Assembly (NCBI GenBank): GCA_022616725.1
Contig: JAKEEH010000149.1
Span: 4,664 to 68,663, forward strand
Source: Limisphaerales bacterium
Lineage (GTDB): Bacteria > Verrucomicrobiota > Verrucomicrobiia > Limisphaerales > JAKEEH01
Length of the DNA stretch: 64,000 nucleotides
Reading direction: 5' to 3'
The stretch's first letter is position 1; every line of letters begins with the position of its first letter. A model generated the notes under the pieces. That model saw nothing but the letters and a program-made list of their open reading frames with translations. It was not told the origin of the DNA and did not search any database. Positions 59,552-64,000 of the stretch are shown here, piece by piece. The position numbers and the translations under genes were made by a program.

Positions 59552-60994
59552 ATGCCGCAGAGCGACATGAGGGCTGGTTCTTTTCAGGTTATCGGGTTGC
59601 TCCTTCTTGCCTGTAACATTTTCGCCGGCGCCTCCGACAAGCGTCCGCCAAATATCGTGCTCATCCTGGCGGACGATTTGGGTTGGGCAGACCTCGGCTG
59701 CCAGGGAAGTCCATTCTATCAAACGCCTCACCTCGACGAACTCGCTGCGGATGGCATGCGTTTCACCACGGCTTATGCCGCCCCGGTTTGCTCGCCGACC
59801 CGCGCCAGTGTCATGACCGGCAAACATCCGGCGCGCCTTCGGCTGACCGATTGGCTTCCCGGCCGCAAAGACATGCCCTCGCAGAAACTTCAGCGCCCGG
59901 ATATTCGCCAACGCCTGCCCCGCGCAGAAGTAACCGTCGCTGAGATTCTCACCCACGCCGGTTACGCTACGGTCGCGATCGGCAAATGGCACCTTGGCGG
60001 ACCAGGATTCGGGCCCACTGACCAGGGCTTTCAGTTGAACATTGCGGGTGACCATCGCGGGACGCCCCCAGGGTATTTCGCCCCTTATCTTGCCACCAAT
60101 CAGCCGCCTCTGCCAGGCATCGGCGAAAGCGAAGCCGGCGAATATCTGACGGATCGCCTTACCGCCGAGGCTGAAAAATTCATCGAGCAAAACGCCTCCA
60201 CGCCATTCTTCCTCTACCTGGCGCAGTACGCGGTGCACATCCCAATCTCGGCAAAGACGAACCTGATCGAGAAATACGAAGCGTTTCGCCAACCGAATTT
60301 TACTCACTCGAATGCTGTTTATGCCGCGATGATCGAAAGCCTTGACGAGAGCGCGGGCCGCATCGTTAAAAAGCTCGAGGAACTGAATCTCACGGATCGC
60401 ACACTCGTAATTTTCACCTCGGACAACGGGGGGCTCTCCGTTCGTGAAGGTCCGCGGACGCCGGCAACCTCGAATGCGCCCCTCCGCGCCGGCAAAGGAC
60501 ATCTTTATGAAGGCGGGCTGCGCGTGCCGTTGATCATTAAATGGCCCGGGCGGGTGAAGCCGGGCAGTGTCACCGGCACACCGGTTGCCGTTCTGGACCT
60601 GTTTGCGACCATGCTGGACGCTGCCGGCCAGCGCCACGCCGCTCGCTCGGGCACCGACAGTATCAGTCTGATGCCGCTGTTGGAGAAATCCGGCCGCTAC
60701 CGGCGCGACGCGATTTACACGCACTACCCGCATTACAGCAACCAAGGCGGGCGTCCCGGCAGTGCCATTCGCGAGAGCGACTTCAAGCTCATTGAATTCT
60801 TCGAGGACAACCATTTGGAGCTGTACAACGTTGCGGCAGACATCGGCGAGACGGCCGATCTTGCCAAACTCATGCCGACGCACGCCTCGTACCTTCATTC
60901 GAAATTGCGCAAGTGGCGCCGAAGGGTCAGCGCCCAAATGATGGAGCCGAATCCTCGTTATCGGCCATTTTCGTCGAACCCAGCCGTGAAGTAA
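59552..60994 (+). CDS. Cys-type arylsulfatase
   Basis: 480 aa with a signal peptide. PNIVLILADDLGWADLGC and the CSPTRASVMTG (C-x-P-x-R formylglycine site) sulfatase signatures, plus GKWHLG and FTSDNGG. Confidence 0.9.
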   Translation: MPQSDMRAGSFQVIGLLLLACNIFAGASDKRPPNIVLILADDLGWADLGCQGSPFYQTPHLDELAADGMRFTTAYAAPVCSPTRASVMTGKHPARLRLTDWLPGRKDMPSQKLQRPDIRQRLPRAEVTVAEILTHAGYATVAIGKWHLGGPGFGPTDQGFQLNIAGDHRGTPPGYFAPYLATNQPPLPGIGESEAGEYLTDRLTAEAEKFIEQNASTPFFLYLAQYAVHIPISAKTNLIEKYEAFRQPNFTHSNAVYAAMIESLDESAGRIVKKLEELNLTDRTLVIFTSDNGGLSVREGPRTPATSNAPLRAGKGHLYEGGLRVPLIIKWPGRVKPGSVTGTPVAVLDLFATMLDAAGQRHAARSGTDSISLMPLLEKSGRYRRDAIYTHYPHYSNQGGRPGSAIRESDFKLIEFFEDNHLELYNVAADIGETADLAKLMPTHASYLHSKLRKWRRRVSAQMMEPNPRYRPFSSNPAVK

Positions 60995-61110
60995 TTCTTT
61001 GTTTCCTGATTTCCCGGATCTTGACAGGCTGAGCACGATGACTCGATTCATTCTCTTTTCGGTAACAGCCGAGTTCACAAAAGCCTTGGCGCAGCCCTCC
61101 GCCCGTTCCC

Positions 61111-62277
61111 ATGCGTGAGTCGGCGCGCATGGAGGCCGTGCAATCGCCGATCATTCCGGTGGTGGCCGAATGGATCCGCAGTTGCCCGGGCACGATCTCC
61201 CTCGGCCAAGGAGTTGTCTCGTACGGACCGCCGCCGGCCGCCATCGAACGAATCACCCAGTTTTTAAAGGACCCGGAGAACAATAAATACAAGCCGGTGC
61301 AGGGCCTGGCGCCACTGCTGGAACTCATTGCGCAGAAGCTCGCGTCCGAAAACCGTATCGATGCGGGCTCGTCCAGCGCGATTGTCGTCACCGCGGGAGG
61401 CAACATGGCGTTCATGAATGCCATCCTTGCCGTCACTGATCCGGGCGATGAGGTCATCATTCAAACGCCCTACTATTTCAATCACGAGATGGCGATCACC
61501 ATGGCGGGCTGCCGGCCTGTTCTCGTCGATACCGATGAGCAATATCAACTGCGGCCCGATGCTATCGCCGCCGCGATCACCCTAAAAACGCGAGCCGTCG
61601 TGACTATCTCTCCCAACAATCCGACGGGCGCCGTCTATCCGGAAGCGGCCTTGCGGGCGGTGAACAGAATTTGCGGTGAGTGCGGTGTGTATCATGTTCA
61701 CGACGAAGCTTACGAAAATTTTCTTTACAGTGGCGCAATGCATTTCTCTCCAGGTTCGATTCCCGGAAGCGAGCCGCACACAATCTCACTTTTCTCCCTT
61801 TCGAAGGCGTATGGCTTTGCAAGCTGGCGCATTGGTTACATGGTGATCCCGCAACACCTGCTCGACTCTGTCAAAAAGATCCAGGACACAATCCTGATTT
61901 GCGCGCCGGTCATTTCGCAATATGCGGCCCTTGGTGCTCTGGAGAGCGGCTCCGGCTACTGCCGCGACAAACTGAGGCAGATTGCCGAGGTACGTGACAT
62001 CGTATTGCGCCAATTGAACAAAATTCAGGATATCTGCACGGTTCCGCGGGCGGATGGCGCCTTCTACTTTCTCCTCCGGCTCCAAAGAGCCGCTGATCCG
62101 GTGGAGTTAACGGAGCGCCTGATTCGCGAGCATAAAATCGCGGTCATTCCCGGCACTGCTTTCGGCCTTCAACAGGGCTGTTACCTGCGTGTCGCTTATG
62201 GCGCACTGCAAAAGGAAACTGCCGCCGAAGGCATTGGCCGGCTCGTCAGCGGGCTCAAGGGCATCCTCCAAACCTGA
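61111..62277 (+). CDS. Class I/II PLP-dependent aminotransferase
   Basis: 388 aa. NPTGAVY, SLSKAYGFASWRIGY (PLP-Lys), YLRVAYG. Confidence 0.85.
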   Translation: MRESARMEAVQSPIIPVVAEWIRSCPGTISLGQGVVSYGPPPAAIERITQFLKDPENNKYKPVQGLAPLLELIAQKLASENRIDAGSSSAIVVTAGGNMAFMNAILAVTDPGDEVIIQTPYYFNHEMAITMAGCRPVLVDTDEQYQLRPDAIAAAITLKTRAVVTISPNNPTGAVYPEAALRAVNRICGECGVYHVHDEAYENFLYSGAMHFSPGSIPGSEPHTISLFSLSKAYGFASWRIGYMVIPQHLLDSVKKIQDTILICAPVISQYAALGALESGSGYCRDKLRQIAEVRDIVLRQLNKIQDICTVPRADGAFYFLLRLQRAADPVELTERLIREHKIAVIPGTAFGLQQGCYLRVAYGALQKETAAEGIGRLVSGLKGILQT

Positions 62278-62283
62278 TTGTCT

Positions 62284-63048
62284 ATGAAAATCTATTGCTG
62301 CCAATCCGACGTCACCTGGGAAAACAAGGACGCTAATTTCGCTCGTGTCGAAAGGTTGCTCGCCGGCGACGAACCCGAGCCCGGATCGCTCGTTCTGTTG
62401 CCGGAGATGTTCTCGACCGGCTTCAGCATGAACGTCAGCGGCATTCGTGAAGGCGAGGCGCGCGAGACCGAGGGATTTCTGGAACAAATCGCGAAGCGAT
62501 TCCGCGTTTTCGTGCTCGGCGGCGTCGTGACAGATGCGCCCGATGGCCGCGGCTATAATCAGGCCCTCGCCCTCTCACCCGAAGGCCGGCCGCTGGCCCG
62601 CTACTCTAAAATGCAACCTTTCTCGCTCGGCGGTGAAACGAAGCACTACCACTCCGGCGAGAAACCGGCGCATTTCGCCTGGTCAAACATGGCCGTGTCG
62701 CCCTTTGTCTGCTACGACCTGCGATTTCCTGAACTCTTTCGCGCTGCGGCCCGTGAAGGCGCGCAACTTTTCACGGTCATCGCCAATTGGCCCATCACCC
62801 GCATTCATCACTGGGTGACTCTGCTTCAGGCGCGCGCGATCGAAAATCAGGCTTACGTTGCGGGCGTGAACCGGGTCGGGTCTGACCCACGTTACAGCTA
62901 TAATGGCCGCAGCCTCATCGTCGATCCGCACGGGACAATCCTTGTCGAAGCCGGTGACAGCGAATGCGTCATCAGCGCGGACATCGATCCTGCCCTGGTC
63001 GTCAACTGGCGCGCCGAATTTCCCGCCCTCCGCGACATGCGTCCATAA
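62284..63048 (+). CDS. Carbon-nitrogen hydrolase (omega-amidase/nitrilase superfamily)
   Basis: Start at ATG 62284 (MKIYCCQSD). The catalytic triad context is LPEMFSTGF (Glu), RYSKMQPF (Lys), CYDLRFPELFR (Cys). It lies directly after the aminotransferase. Confidence 0.85.
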   Translation: MKIYCCQSDVTWENKDANFARVERLLAGDEPEPGSLVLLPEMFSTGFSMNVSGIREGEARETEGFLEQIAKRFRVFVLGGVVTDAPDGRGYNQALALSPEGRPLARYSKMQPFSLGGETKHYHSGEKPAHFAWSNMAVSPFVCYDLRFPELFRAAAREGAQLFTVIANWPITRIHHWVTLLQARAIENQAYVAGVNRVGSDPRYSYNGRSLIVDPHGTILVEAGDSECVISADIDPALVVNWRAEFPALRDMRP

Positions 63049-63202
63049 GTATCGAGCTGGTAAAAGGTCGCCTTGTGTTGCTGTTGTTCGCGCATAGATC
63101 AACGTGCCCAAACGGTGCACTTTTCGGGGAACGAAATGAGCCCGGCGCGACACAACATGTAACGATTGGCTCAACCACGAAGCGGCCTCCTGTCAGAAAT
63201 GA

Positions 63203-64000
<798 letters not shown>

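Noticed and set aside
59537-61078. 513-aa ORF on the minus strand
   Set aside because: It is entirely antisense to the well-supported sulfatase gene (CSPTR motif). Its translation is Arg/Gly/Ala-rich with no motif. This is a typical GC-driven shadow ORF.

Overview
High-GC chromosomal window, about 90 percent coding. The gene content points to the PVC superphylum, most likely Verrucomicrobiota: two DUF1501 genes, a DUF1549/DUF1553 gene, planctomycete-type cytochrome c domains, HAF repeats, CSLREA/beta-helix proteins and a Cys-type sulfatase. This placement is an inference from gene families, not a database hit. Both window edges carry open ORFs missing from the supplied track. At 1..3447 (-) is a PSCyt/WD40/PPC protein, and at 63320..64000 (+) is an L-lactate dehydrogenase. 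Housekeeping genes include trpA, a mannose-1-P guanylyltransferase, modAB, anmK, a pgsA-like gene, a cysteine desulfurase, a sigma-54 activator, parA, an aminotransferase plus C-N hydrolase pair, and ldh.

Main observations:
1. A TlpA/thioredoxin-fold gene is split in the track by an in-frame TGA exactly at the first Cys of the CxxC motif (W-U-G-P-C). An fdhF-like GGUC-loop hairpin follows 24 nt downstream, so this is a strong selenoprotein candidate.
2. A 0.9-kb MazF/RHH toxin-antitoxin cassette is inserted at the 3' end of modB and bounded by a duplicated, synonymously diverged modB 3' end.
3. A four-gene, translationally coupled exopolysaccharide locus combines an NfrB-like GT2 synthase carrying three MshEN-like repeats, an NfrA-like TPR/beta-barrel porin, a DUF2334 protein and a BcsB-like protein.
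4. An accessory patch at 22.1-24.7 kb shows nested repeats, a 170-bp MITE with a 7-bp target-site duplication disrupting a duplicated CPXCG gene, a 49-bp palindromic micro-insertion, a chimeric duplication junction and small Zn-motif proteins.
5. A visibly AT-rich, repeat-dense 0.55-kb leader lies upstream of a lipase-like hydrolase, and related 8-bp-period TTCAA arrays are dispersed through the window.
6. A 38-bp perfect palindrome lies upstream of a 'head+tail' mini-paralog of a large CSLREA beta-helix protein.

No rRNA, tRNA or CRISPR array could be supported. Many long antisense ORFs in the track are GC-driven artefacts.
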